Assembly (NCBI GenBank): GCA_048938005.1
Contig: JBHLMQ010000005.1
Coordinates: 50,489-114,488 of the forward strand
Length of the DNA: 64,000 nucleotides
Reading direction: 5' to 3'
From: Promethearchaeota archaeon
GTDB taxonomy: Archaea > Asgardarchaeota > Lokiarchaeia > Sigyniarchaeales > SOKP01
Shown here: one piece after another, positions 37,924 to 47,787 of the stretch
Numbering within the stretch: the first letter of the stretch is position 1
Layout of the letters: each line of letters starts with the position of its first letter
The notes under the pieces: generated by a model
Told to the model about the DNA's origin: nothing
Databases searched by the model: none
Seen by the model: only the letters and a program-made list of their open reading frames with translations
Translations under genes and position numbers: made by a program

Positions 37924-38679
37924 TTGGCTGATCAAGAGGAAGAAGTAAAGAGAGTTGAGAGTAAAGAAATTAGTTTAGAAGAAACTATCAGCAAGGAAGA
38001 ATTCGAAGAAAAAGAAGAATTAACAACCCTCTTTGCAGTAAGAACAACAATCAATCAAGAAAGTAATATATTAAAGCAGATTTTTTACAGGTTTAAGATC
38101 TTAGATGTAATTCCTGATATAAGGGCTATGCTGGTCTCTCCCTTGTTACCAGGCTATATATTTTTTGAAGCTCCACAAAAAAGAGATGTTCAGATAGCAG
38201 TCCAAGGTATCCCTCATATTAAAGGAAGAATTGTGCAAAACATTAAACTGACTGAATTGAAGCACGTGTTATTACCTAGAAGCGTTACGGAATATTTAGA
38301 AGAAGGTGATACCGTTGAAATAATCAGTGGAGTATTCGAAGGTTCGAGAGCAATTGTGATGCGTATGCCTCATGATTCAAGTGCAAGTGAAGAGGTCGTT
38401 GTTAGACTTCTACAGGAAGAAACTCCAATAACCATTAAAATTCATGGGGATTATCTTAAACTAGTTGAAAAGAAGAAACCAATCGAAGAAGCTATCCCAG
38501 AAGTAAAGGTTTCGGTGGATACAACAACAGATATAGAAAAAGCGATAAGTTTTGAAGATGAAATTGAAGAGTTCGAAGAAGAAATTTCAGAGGGTATTAA
38601 AAGCGATGAGATTGAAGAATATAGTGATGAGGAAGAAGAAGAGGAAGAAGATGAATGGGCAAAATTTGACGGCTTTTAA
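37924..38679 (+). CDS. spt5: Transcription elongation factor Spt5 (NGN-KOW) with acidic termini
   Basis: FAVRTTINQE, LPGYIFFEA, GIPHIKG, EGDTVEIISGVFEG KOW. Confidence 0.92.
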   Translation: MADQEEEVKRVESKEISLEETISKEEFEEKEELTTLFAVRTTINQESNILKQIFYRFKILDVIPDIRAMLVSPLLPGYIFFEAPQKRDVQIAVQGIPHIKGRIVQNIKLTELKHVLLPRSVTEYLEEGDTVEIISGVFEGSRAIVMRMPHDSSASEEVVVRLLQEETPITIKIHGDYLKLVEKKKPIEEAIPEVKVSVDTTTDIEKAISFEDEIEEFEEEISEGIKSDEIEEYSDEEEEEEEDEWAKFDGF

Positions 38680-38906
38680 TTTAAACACGCAAATTTCTGT
38701 ACGAACCCTTTTTAGAGATATCAATTTTTATATTTATTTTTTAAAGAAAGTCAATGTGATTAACTTTAAAAAGATTCGCGACATTTTATAGGATGTTTGT
38801 TGCGTGTGCATAAAGAAATTGTTTAATAAAAGAATTTTTATAGATAGACTATTATTAAAGAAATTAAAGAGATGTACTTATCACTAAAAAAAATATTCTG
38901 AGTTAA

Positions 38907-39659
38907 ATGATAAAAAATATCTTCATAATGAAAGGGAATACTGGCGAATTAATCTTCTATAAAACTTATGAGGATATTTTTAATGTTAAGTTAACGAGTA
39001 GTTTTCTAAGTGCTATTTTTTCATTTGTAAAACAAACCTTAAAAACTGAAGAATTATCAGAAATCGAAGTTGGTCCTTTTAGATTTATTTTCGAAATTGA
39101 AAAGATTGGAAAGGATGAATTACTTTTTGCTTTATTTAGTGATCGTACGGATAACCTTGTTGAGATTAGAAATCAATTGAGGGAAATTAAGAATCAATTC
39201 ATAAATAAATATGATCTAAACCTACTTAACGAAAATTTCAATGGGGAAATTTCAAAATATTTTGAGTTTGAAAAAAATATTAATGAAATCATGGAAAATC
39301 ATGGTCAATTAGTTTCAGAAGATATAAAAAGTGAATTATTAAATGTATTTAATGAATTACACACTTTTTCTTCTTTCGTGGTGTCTTCAGCTCTGTTAAC
39401 CCAAACTGGAAGAGTTATTGTTTCATCTTTAGAACCTAATATTCTCTCTGAAATAATTAGATTATTGGAAGGAAGATTCATCTCAGGGAACTTTAGAGTA
39501 AATGAACTTATTTCCTTAGAAAATTTCGGTGTGCTTTCATTAATAGGAATTGATGAACATTTTATATCAGTCATTCAGTTTAAGAGTAATTGTCCTTTTG
39601 AGACGGGATTAGTCATCTCTAAGAGATTTTCAAATAGGATCCAAAAATTAATTTGTTGA
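38907..39659 (+). CDS. Longin-like plus roadblock/LC7-like fusion protein
   Basis: N-terminal IKNIFIM...GELIFYKTY...LTSSFLSAIFSF (longin pattern); C-terminal VVSSALLTQTGRVIVSSL (roadblock pattern). Confidence 0.65.
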   Translation: MIKNIFIMKGNTGELIFYKTYEDIFNVKLTSSFLSAIFSFVKQTLKTEELSEIEVGPFRFIFEIEKIGKDELLFALFSDRTDNLVEIRNQLREIKNQFINKYDLNLLNENFNGEISKYFEFEKNINEIMENHGQLVSEDIKSELLNVFNELHTFSSFVVSSALLTQTGRVIVSSLEPNILSEIIRLLEGRFISGNFRVNELISLENFGVLSLIGIDEHFISVIQFKSNCPFETGLVISKRFSNRIQKLIC

Positions 39660-39770
39660 ATTTAACGAGTCTATTTGTTCAGAAACTGATCATTATTATT
39701 TATTTTATAAAAAGATTTTTTAAAAAATAAAGCAATATTTTGCATATCGTATATTCGTTTTCCAAAAATT

Positions 39771-39790
39771 AAAAAGTGTATGCACTTTTT
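39771..39790. promoter_or_regulatory. Near-perfect 20-bp palindrome, candidate operator
   Basis: AAAAAGTGTATGCACTTTTT, about 60 bp upstream of the acyl-CoA dehydrogenase ATG. Confidence 0.45.
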
Positions 39791-39847
39791 CCCTAGTATA
39801 ATTAGTTATCTTAAAAATTTAAAGGATTAAAAAGTGGGGTAAAAACT

Positions 39848-41131
39848 ATGGCAAGATATATGGACCAAGTAATTAATGATGAAATTCTCGAGAAATTGAG
39901 CCTTAAAAATCGATATACTTTCATTAACAATAATTTAATGCCAATTTTATCACCAGAACAGTTTAATTTCCTAAAAAGTGTTCAAAAATTTTGTATGAGG
40001 TTTGAAAAAAAAAATAATATTACTCATGGCCCCGATGATGATGTTTACGATTGGATTCCCACATTCGGCGCAGAAGGATATGTTACAAGAGCACATAATT
40101 TTGAAATGATCGATATTAATTATGATCACTATGGAGCAGCAGCGGATTTACTTCGTACTCTTGCTTTAGACACCTTCGATACACAATTTTCTATGGCTAT
40201 AGGCGCTACAGTATTAGCAGTAAATCCTATTTATGACCATCATGAAAATATACCAGAGAGACTTGAAGCTTTAAAAGATTTAGTCATAGGTGAAGCTCCT
40301 GGTTGTATTTGTATAACTGAACCTGAAAGAGGTTCTGATGCTGTACATCAACTTAGTACCTGTGATGAGCAAGAAGATGGTAGTTTTCTACTGAATGGAG
40401 AGAAAATTTTTAATACAAATGCACCCAAATCGAAATGGGCTGTTGCGTACGCCACTGCGGAAAAAAATAATGGTAATTTAATGGCTCAATTTTTAATTAA
40501 TACAAACTGGGATGGGTGGAAGTGCGATCGAGTATATATTCCGTATGTCCCAAAATTATATTTAGGACACGAGAGATTCGAAAATTTAAGAGTTCCAAAA
40601 GAATATATATTAGGTCCTGTAGGTAAAGGAAGAGAGCATCTTTTTGAGGGTTTGATACCCGAACGAATTGGTATAGCATATGGTGCTATTTCTCAATGCT
40701 GGGGTGCTGTATCTCATGCAGCGATTTATGCTAACATGAGAAAGCAATTTGATCAAGAAATCCTAAAATTCCAGGGAGTTGGGTTTCTATTAACAGATTT
40801 ATGGGCGAAAACGACTAATTTGACCATAGGATTGCTAAAGTTTTGCGAAGCATATGATCAAAAAATGGAAAAATTTGAAGGAAAAATACCAACCAACATT
40901 TCTAGAGCTATGGTTGCGAGTGCTTCTCAATTTAAATATCATTGCACCAATCTTTCTAAAGAAGTTTGTTATGAGGCTGCCAATCTCATGGGAGGAGCAG
41001 GATTATCTGATAATACATTAATGCAAGATTATGTTAACATCTCAAGGATTCAAGAAATTGTTGGGGGCTCAAGACAAATTCAGCAATATATCATGAGTAT
41101 GGCCCTAAGACAGCTTTTCAAAATGCTCTAA
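39848..41131 (+). CDS. Acyl-CoA dehydrogenase (copy 1)
   Basis: ITEPERGSDA, LNGEKIFNTN, RKQFDQEILKFQGV, NLMGGAG. Confidence 0.95.
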   Translation: MARYMDQVINDEILEKLSLKNRYTFINNNLMPILSPEQFNFLKSVQKFCMRFEKKNNITHGPDDDVYDWIPTFGAEGYVTRAHNFEMIDINYDHYGAAADLLRTLALDTFDTQFSMAIGATVLAVNPIYDHHENIPERLEALKDLVIGEAPGCICITEPERGSDAVHQLSTCDEQEDGSFLLNGEKIFNTNAPKSKWAVAYATAEKNNGNLMAQFLINTNWDGWKCDRVYIPYVPKLYLGHERFENLRVPKEYILGPVGKGREHLFEGLIPERIGIAYGAISQCWGAVSHAAIYANMRKQFDQEILKFQGVGFLLTDLWAKTTNLTIGLLKFCEAYDQKMEKFEGKIPTNISRAMVASASQFKYHCTNLSKEVCYEAANLMGGAGLSDNTLMQDYVNISRIQEIVGGSRQIQQYIMSMALRQLFKML

Positions 41132-41247
41132 AATCTATTTTTTTTCTTATTATTTTTTAATAATAGCTTTTTTTCCTTAATACAATATTAATAAACAATA
41201 ATTCAATTATACTCTTAATATAAATTTAGATTATATAGGGTTTAAAA

Positions 41248-43491
41248 ATGGAAGAATTACTCAATATCGCTAAAAATGCATTTCCACCTGTATCAGGATC
41301 TGAAAAAGTAAAGGGAACTCAAGAAGAAGTTGAAATTTTATGGGATAAATGGGGTATCCCGCACATTTACGCAAAAACAATAAATGATGCATATTTTGCT
41401 CAAGGATATATTCATGCGAGTCATAGATTATGGCAATTGGAATTCTTTAGAAGAGTATCATCTGGTAAATTATCTGAAATTGTAGGTGAGGCTACTCTTG
41501 ATAGAGATAAACATTATAGAATTATTGGATTGCATCGTATCGCGAAAAAATGTGCAAAGAATTTAAGAAAAAATCCAAATAATGATATATTGGTAAGCTT
41601 GAATTCGTATGTAAAAGGTGTGAATAGTGGGATTAAAAAAGCTCTTCAAAATCTACCAATTGAGTTCGCTGTTCTTAATATTAAACCCCGAGAATGGACT
41701 TTAGAAGATTCCCTTAAAATTGCTAGTTTAATTGAGTGGGGATTAGGCAATTGGAGTTATCCTTTAGAAGTGTTACGTGAGCATTTGATTATGGAATTAG
41801 GAGTTGAAATGGCAGATAAAATCATTCCTCTCTATTCGGGTGCAGAAATAGAAAAATCTAAGGGTAGTAATGGATGGGTTATTAGCCCCAATAAATCGAC
41901 ATCAGGAGCAGTGTTGTTTGCTAATGATCCACACTTAACACTTACATTACCAGTAATTTGGATTCTTATGCATTTGATTTGCCCGGATTTAAATGTTATA
42001 GGTTCAACATTTCCAGGATTGCCCAGTGTAATATTAGGTCATAATGAAAAAATTGCTTGGGGTGCAACAACTGTCACAACAGATAATGTTGATTTATTTA
42101 AATTAGAGATAAACCCAGATAATGAAAATCAATACAAATACAACGGGAAATGGGTTGATTTTATAATTGTTGATGAGCCAATTAGAATTCAAGGTTCTCC
42201 TGTACCCCTTGATTATAAAGTTAAAATGACAAACTTTGGACCGGTTGTTGAATATATTGAACTAGAGAATAAAGTTCATAAAATCACACTCCCAGAAAAA
42301 TATGCTTTACAATGGACTAGTTACGTGGCCAATTTAGAAGATTCAATAGAGAGTTTTAGAATGATAAATGTAGCTTCTAATTGGAGTGAATTTCGTAAAG
42401 CATTAAGCAAAATGACAGTTACGCCTCAAAATTTTATATATGGAGATATAGAGGGTAATATTGGTCTTCAACACGGAGGAAAGCTTCCAGTACGAAGATA
42501 TGGAGATGGAGCAACAGTAACTCCTGGAACAGATGAGAAATATAACTGGAGTAGCCTTGTTCCCTTTGAGAAAATGTTTTCAATATATAATCCCGACTAC
42601 GGATTTGTGTATACAGCGAATTATAATGAAGATAAAGCTCCTAATGGTGTACTTCTCGCTCAAGATGTAGCTCAACCCTATCGGCAAATGAGAATTAAAA
42701 ATTTACTCAAATCAAAAGAAATTTTCTCAATTCAAGATTTTAAAAATTTTCAATTAGATTTTTTTACTGAAGAAGCACCAGAAATATTACCCCTAATGAT
42801 AAAATACGTGAAGGATAAAAAACATTCGGAACTTTATAAGGAAATTCTTTCTTTATTAGAAAATTGGGATTATTATTTGACTAGAAATAGTGTTGCTAGT
42901 ACAATATACAAAATATGGTGTCAAGAAGCCTTAGAAGTCATTTTAGTTCCGTTAATTGGTAGAGAACTCTTCGATATTTATTTAACATCAAATCCATTTG
43001 AACTTAAAAGACTATTCAAATTATATGATGAAAAAGTTGATGAACTCAGACAACTATTATTTGATGCACTTGAAAACGCAATAAAATTCTTAATAGAAAA
43101 ATTTTCTTCAGACTATCAAAAATGGAAATGGGGAAATTTACATAAAGTAGTTCTTGCTCATCCTTTCTCTCAGGCTAATGAGGATGCCAAAATGTTAAAT
43201 ATAGGACCGTTTAAAATTGGAGGGGACTCTAATACGCTTAATAATGGATATTATGATCCAATGAATAATTATGAAGTTATTGTTGGACCATCATTCCGCC
43301 AAATTCACGATTTATCTGATTGGGATAAATCCATTGGAGTTATTCCTGGAGGGCAATCTGGTTTACCATTCCATAAACATTACAGCGATTTAATGAAATT
43401 ATGGGTAAAGGGGAAATATATTCCTCTATTATTTACGAGAGAAGTGATCTCACAGAATAGTGAGGGTTTATATAAACTTATACCTAATTAA
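41248..43491 (+). CDS. Penicillin acylase family Ntn-hydrolase (peptidase S45)
   Basis: DKWGIPHIYA, AQGYIHA, GSNGW (Ser nucleophile), ANDPHL, PGGQSG. Confidence 0.95.
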   Translation: MEELLNIAKNAFPPVSGSEKVKGTQEEVEILWDKWGIPHIYAKTINDAYFAQGYIHASHRLWQLEFFRRVSSGKLSEIVGEATLDRDKHYRIIGLHRIAKKCAKNLRKNPNNDILVSLNSYVKGVNSGIKKALQNLPIEFAVLNIKPREWTLEDSLKIASLIEWGLGNWSYPLEVLREHLIMELGVEMADKIIPLYSGAEIEKSKGSNGWVISPNKSTSGAVLFANDPHLTLTLPVIWILMHLICPDLNVIGSTFPGLPSVILGHNEKIAWGATTVTTDNVDLFKLEINPDNENQYKYNGKWVDFIIVDEPIRIQGSPVPLDYKVKMTNFGPVVEYIELENKVHKITLPEKYALQWTSYVANLEDSIESFRMINVASNWSEFRKALSKMTVTPQNFIYGDIEGNIGLQHGGKLPVRRYGDGATVTPGTDEKYNWSSLVPFEKMFSIYNPDYGFVYTANYNEDKAPNGVLLAQDVAQPYRQMRIKNLLKSKEIFSIQDFKNFQLDFFTEEAPEILPLMIKYVKDKKHSELYKEILSLLENWDYYLTRNSVASTIYKIWCQEALEVILVPLIGRELFDIYLTSNPFELKRLFKLYDEKVDELRQLLFDALENAIKFLIEKFSSDYQKWKWGNLHKVVLAHPFSQANEDAKMLNIGPFKIGGDSNTLNNGYYDPMNNYEVIVGPSFRQIHDLSDWDKSIGVIPGGQSGLPFHKHYSDLMKLWVKGKYIPLLFTREVISQNSEGLYKLIPN

Positions 43492-43549
43492 AAAAATCTA
43501 ATAGAATTAATTAATTTATTAACTAAAAATAAAAAAGAATTTAGATATT

Positions 43550-44848
43550 TTAAGAAACTGACATTTTATATAATGTCCTTAAAGAGAGAGACATAATATA
43601 TTGCTGAATTTGTCTTGAGCCCCCAACAATTTCTTGAATTCTTGAAATATTTAGGTAATCTTGCATGAGAGTGTTGTCACATAAACCCGCACCTCCCATA
43701 AGGTTAGCTGTTTCATAGCAAACTTCCTTTGAGAGAGCAGTGGCTTGATACTTAAACTGAGAGGCGCTTGCGACCATCGCCTGGGAAATGTTTCTAGGGA
43801 TGTTTCCTTCAAATTTCTTGATTTTCTCATCAAATGATTCACAGAACTTTAAAAGCCCAATTGTCAGGTTTGTAGTCTTAGCCCAGAGATCTGAAAGTAA
43901 GAATCCAACTCCTTGAAATTTTAATATTTCTTGATCAAATTGTTTTCTTAAATTAGCATAAATTACAGCATGGGAAAGAGACCCCCAACATTGAGCGATA
44001 GCTCCGTAAGCGATCGCGATTCTTTCTGGAACAAGTCCTTCGAATAAATGTTCTCTGCCTTTGCCTACAGGACCTAATATATATTCCTTTGGTACTCTTA
44101 AATTACTAAGTTTCTCTTTACCTATAAATACTTTAGGCACCCAGGGTATTCCTACACGTTCACAGCTCCACCCATCCCAGTTTGTATTAATTAAAAATTG
44201 AGCCATCATATTTCCATTATTTTTCTCAGCAGTGGCATACGCGACTACCCATTTTGACTTAGGAGCATTTGTATTAAAAATTTTTTCTCCATTCAGTAGA
44301 AAACTACCATCTTCTTGTTCTTCACATGTAGTAAGTTGATGTACAGCATCAGAGCCTCTTTCAGGCTCTGTAATAAGAATTGCACCTGGCGCTTGGCCAG
44401 TCACTAAATCTTTTAAAGCATCAAGTCTCTCTGGCATATTTTCATGATGTTCATAAATAGGATTTATTGCTAATACTGTTGCGCCACCTGCCATAGAAAA
44501 TTGAGGATCATAATTATCAATAGCAATTGTACGTAATAAATCTGCGGCCAATCCCCACTCAGGGTAATCTAAGTCAATCATCTCAAACGCATGTTGTCGA
44601 GTGATATAACCCTCTACTCCAAATGCAGGAATCCATGCATATAAATCTTCATCTGGTCCATGTGTAACCTGATTTTTCTTTTCAAACTTTAAACAAAAAC
44701 GTTGAACTTTCCTAAAGAAATTGAATTCTTCTTGAGATAAAATTGGTGTTAGATTATTATTAACGAAAGCGTATCGATTTTTAAGGCTCAATTTCTCGAG
44801 AATTTCATCATTAATGACTTGGGTTTTAAATTTTTGCTTTTCATTCAT
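43550..44848 (-). CDS. Acyl-CoA dehydrogenase (copy 2)
   Basis: Same motifs as copy 1; close paralog. Confidence 0.95.
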   Translation of the reverse strand: MNEKQKFKTQVINDEILEKLSLKNRYAFVNNNLTPILSQEEFNFFRKVQRFCLKFEKKNQVTHGPDEDLYAWIPAFGVEGYITRQHAFEMIDLDYPEWGLAADLLRTIAIDNYDPQFSMAGGATVLAINPIYEHHENMPERLDALKDLVTGQAPGAILITEPERGSDAVHQLTTCEEQEDGSFLLNGEKIFNTNAPKSKWVVAYATAEKNNGNMMAQFLINTNWDGWSCERVGIPWVPKVFIGKEKLSNLRVPKEYILGPVGKGREHLFEGLVPERIAIAYGAIAQCWGSLSHAVIYANLRKQFDQEILKFQGVGFLLSDLWAKTTNLTIGLLKFCESFDEKIKKFEGNIPRNISQAMVASASQFKYQATALSKEVCYETANLMGGAGLCDNTLMQDYLNISRIQEIVGGSRQIQQYIMSLSLRTLYKMSVS

Positions 44849-45041
44849 TATTATTCATCTCATGATTTTATTCTTTTAATTAGGTATTTTTAAAATACTA
44901 TTTTATTTTGAATATAACATTTTTTCCATAATAAGTTCAACTGATTTCTTTAAATAATTTTATTTTCGAGAAATTTAAAAAAATACTATTAAAATAGAAT
45001 ATTATGAAAATTTAACAAAATAATAATTGGAGAATATAATT

Positions 45042-46328
45042 ATGAATAAACGATTTAAGACACAAGTCATTAATGATGAAATTTTAGACAAATTAAATCT
45101 TGCAAATAGATATAATTTCCTTAATGATAATTTATCTCTTATTCTTACTGAAAAGCAGTTTGCCTTTCTTAAAGAGGTTCAAAACTTTTGCTTAAAATTT
45201 GAAAGAGAGAATAATATAACACATGGCCCAAACGAAGAAATTTATGATTGGTATCCTGTGTTTGGAGAGCAAGGTTATATAACCCGTCAGCATGCATTTG
45301 AATGTATTGATTCGAATTATAAGGAATTTGGAATGGCTATGGATTTTATGAGGATACTTGCTCTTGATTTATTTGATCCTCAATTTACGATGGGCAGTGG
45401 TGCTACAGTTATTTGTATTAATCCCATATATGAACATCATGAAAATATATCTATTAGATTAGAAGCTTTAAAGGAACTTGTTAAAGGAAAAACAACAGGA
45501 TGCTTAATGATCACAGAACCTGAGAGAGGCTCTGATGCAGTTCACATGCTAACAACATGTGATGAGCAGGAGGATGGTAGTTTTATACTAAATGGAACTA
45601 AAATTTTTAATACTAATGCTCCTAAGTCAAAATGGGCAGTTGCCTATGCCACCGCAGAACAAAATAATGGTAATTTAATGGGACAGTTTCTTATCAACAC
45701 TTCATGGGAAGGTTGGAATTGTGAACGTGTAGGAATACCCTGGGTGCCTAAATTATACCTTGGTAAGGAAAAATTGGAAAATTTGAGAGTTCCAAAAGAA
45801 TACGTACTTGGTGGAGTCGGGAAAGGAAGAGAACACCTTTTTGAAGGATTAGTACCTGAAAGAATTTCGATAGCCGTGAGAGGTGTAAGTGAGTGTTGGG
45901 GAGCATTAGCCCACGCAATTATTTATGCAAATATGAGAAAACAATTCGATAAAGAAATTTTGTTATTTCAAGGAGTAGGGTTCACATTGACAGATCTATT
46001 GGCTAAAACAACAGCTCTTACTCATGGAATATTGAAATTTTGCGAAACCTACGATGAAAAGATGGAGAAATATGGATATAAGTTGCCTGAAAACATATCC
46101 CGTGCATTCGTTGCCTTGGGGAGTCAATATAAATATAATTGTGCTTTACTTTCTAAAAAAGTTTGTTATGAAGCCGCAAACTTAATGGGTGGTGCGGGTT
46201 TATGTGATAACACTCTCATGCAGGATTATTTAAACATTTCAAGAATACAAGAGATAATTGGTGGAAGTAGACAAATACAACAATTCATTATGTCAAGAAA
46301 CTTAAGATATCTATTTAAAAATCTATAA
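45042..46328 (+). CDS. Acyl-CoA dehydrogenase (copy 3)
   Basis: Same motifs; ATG 45042 after GGAG aligns with copy 2 (track start 45027). Confidence 0.95.
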   Translation: MNKRFKTQVINDEILDKLNLANRYNFLNDNLSLILTEKQFAFLKEVQNFCLKFERENNITHGPNEEIYDWYPVFGEQGYITRQHAFECIDSNYKEFGMAMDFMRILALDLFDPQFTMGSGATVICINPIYEHHENISIRLEALKELVKGKTTGCLMITEPERGSDAVHMLTTCDEQEDGSFILNGTKIFNTNAPKSKWAVAYATAEQNNGNLMGQFLINTSWEGWNCERVGIPWVPKLYLGKEKLENLRVPKEYVLGGVGKGREHLFEGLVPERISIAVRGVSECWGALAHAIIYANMRKQFDKEILLFQGVGFTLTDLLAKTTALTHGILKFCETYDEKMEKYGYKLPENISRAFVALGSQYKYNCALLSKKVCYEAANLMGGAGLCDNTLMQDYLNISRIQEIIGGSRQIQQFIMSRNLRYLFKNL

Positions 46329-46401
46329 AAACTGGCCCACTTCAAAAGAAATATATAGAATAAAATAAAAATGAGGTTTTCTAATTTGGGTTTGAGGGAT
46401 T

Positions 46402-46608
46402 TTACTCCTCTTCTTCTCCCATCAATTCTTCAATCTTTGTCTCAAGAGCCTCAATTTTCTCCTCCAGTGCCTCAATCTTTTTGTTGGTTTCACAGGTAGC
46501 ACATCCATCATCTTCTTCACATTGTGGGAGGGTGTCACAAACTTCTTGAAGTTCATCCATTTCTTCTAATAATTGATCAACTTGATCCTGTAATTCTTCA
46601 ATACTCAC
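46402..46608 (-). CDS. Small acidic coiled-coil protein with central four-Cys cluster
   Basis: Heptad repeats flank C-x5-C-x5-C-x2-C; AGGTGTGA site upstream. Confidence 0.75.
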   Translation of the reverse strand: MSIEELQDQVDQLLEEMDELQEVCDTLPQCEEDDGCATCETNKKIEALEEKIEALETKIEELMGEEEE

Positions 46609-46729
46609 ATTTCACACCTTAAATTTTTATGTTAATAAGGATATGATAATTTATTTTTTTTTGCCTTAAAAATTTAAATTAATAAGGGACTAGTGTTTTA
46701 AATAAGTTTCATAATTATTATTAGAAATA

Positions 46730-47725
46730 ATGGTAGAAAAAAACGAGTTTAAAGAGATTATCAAAAGTCTAACAAATAAGAATAGTTTGAACCGAGCAAT
46801 ATCAATTTCAGATAATTGTGTAAGAATTAATAGGATAGATAAAGAGCTTGGTATAATTGAAGCTGAAATACAAGGAAATAAATTAGTTCCATATAAGCTA
46901 AATTTTAATATATCTCAGAAAAACCTATACGAGGTTATTTATCATGATTGCCCCGATTATTTAGCTCGTAAGAAACTAAACAATAAATTTTGCAAACATA
47001 TTGTAAAATTTTTTTATGTTTTAGGAAATCAGGATTATAAATTTGCAACCTATCTATTAACAGAATTACATTCCAAAATAAAGATAGAAAATCAACAGAA
47101 ACAAATTGATCTGTTTGATATTAATCATTTTGTAAATGCTGAACTTAAAAATCAATTAGATTTTGATTATAAAGGTTTTGATTATTTTTTTGATATTTCT
47201 GAACTAGAAAGTACTGCAAGAAGATGCTTAGAATCTATTTTAATGGAAGCTAAAAAGTTGCCCGCTGCATTAAGGGGATTTCATGGAGGGTATGAAGGAG
47301 GCCTTTTTGACCATATTTTATTGGTGACAAATTATACGTATGAGTTATGTAAAACTATGGATTACGACGTTGATATTAAAAAAGCAGTTTTAACAGCTAT
47401 TTATCATGATTTTGGTAAAATCTCATATTATGCTTTTAAAAGGAAAGATATTCAATCTAAAATTGCATTACCTCGTGAAGAATTAGAAATAATACACGAG
47501 GATATTGTAAGGAAGTTTAACTTTGAGGGAAGAGATTATCACGTTGAAGAAGCATTAGCAGTGCTGAAGAAAAACAAAGATGTTTTGTTTTTTGACGATG
47601 AGATGTCAAAAGCGATAATTTTTCATCATGGTCAGTGGAGTAAGTATTATCCAATAGAAATGAATGAATTGGCAACTCTTATACATAAAGCGGACATGAT
47701 CGCTAGCCAGACTCACTATATATAA
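46730..47725 (+). CDS. SWIM zinc finger plus HD phosphohydrolase fusion
   Basis: HDCPDY...FCKHI (SWIM-like); FHGGYEGGLFDH, YHDFGK, FHHG, KADMIAS (YhaM-like HD). Confidence 0.85.
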   Translation: MVEKNEFKEIIKSLTNKNSLNRAISISDNCVRINRIDKELGIIEAEIQGNKLVPYKLNFNISQKNLYEVIYHDCPDYLARKKLNNKFCKHIVKFFYVLGNQDYKFATYLLTELHSKIKIENQQKQIDLFDINHFVNAELKNQLDFDYKGFDYFFDISELESTARRCLESILMEAKKLPAALRGFHGGYEGGLFDHILLVTNYTYELCKTMDYDVDIKKAVLTAIYHDFGKISYYAFKRKDIQSKIALPREELEIIHEDIVRKFNFEGRDYHVEEALAVLKKNKDVLFFDDEMSKAIIFHHGQWSKYYPIEMNELATLIHKADMIASQTHYI

Positions 47726-47787
47726 TCTAAACATTTTAAATTAAATATAATAAATTAAGAAAGTTGTTATGGTTTTTGTGTCTCTTC

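Noticed and set aside
46730-47725. Cas3 HD nuclease or defence locus
   Set aside because: No cas genes or array nearby; motifs fit YhaM-like HD better.
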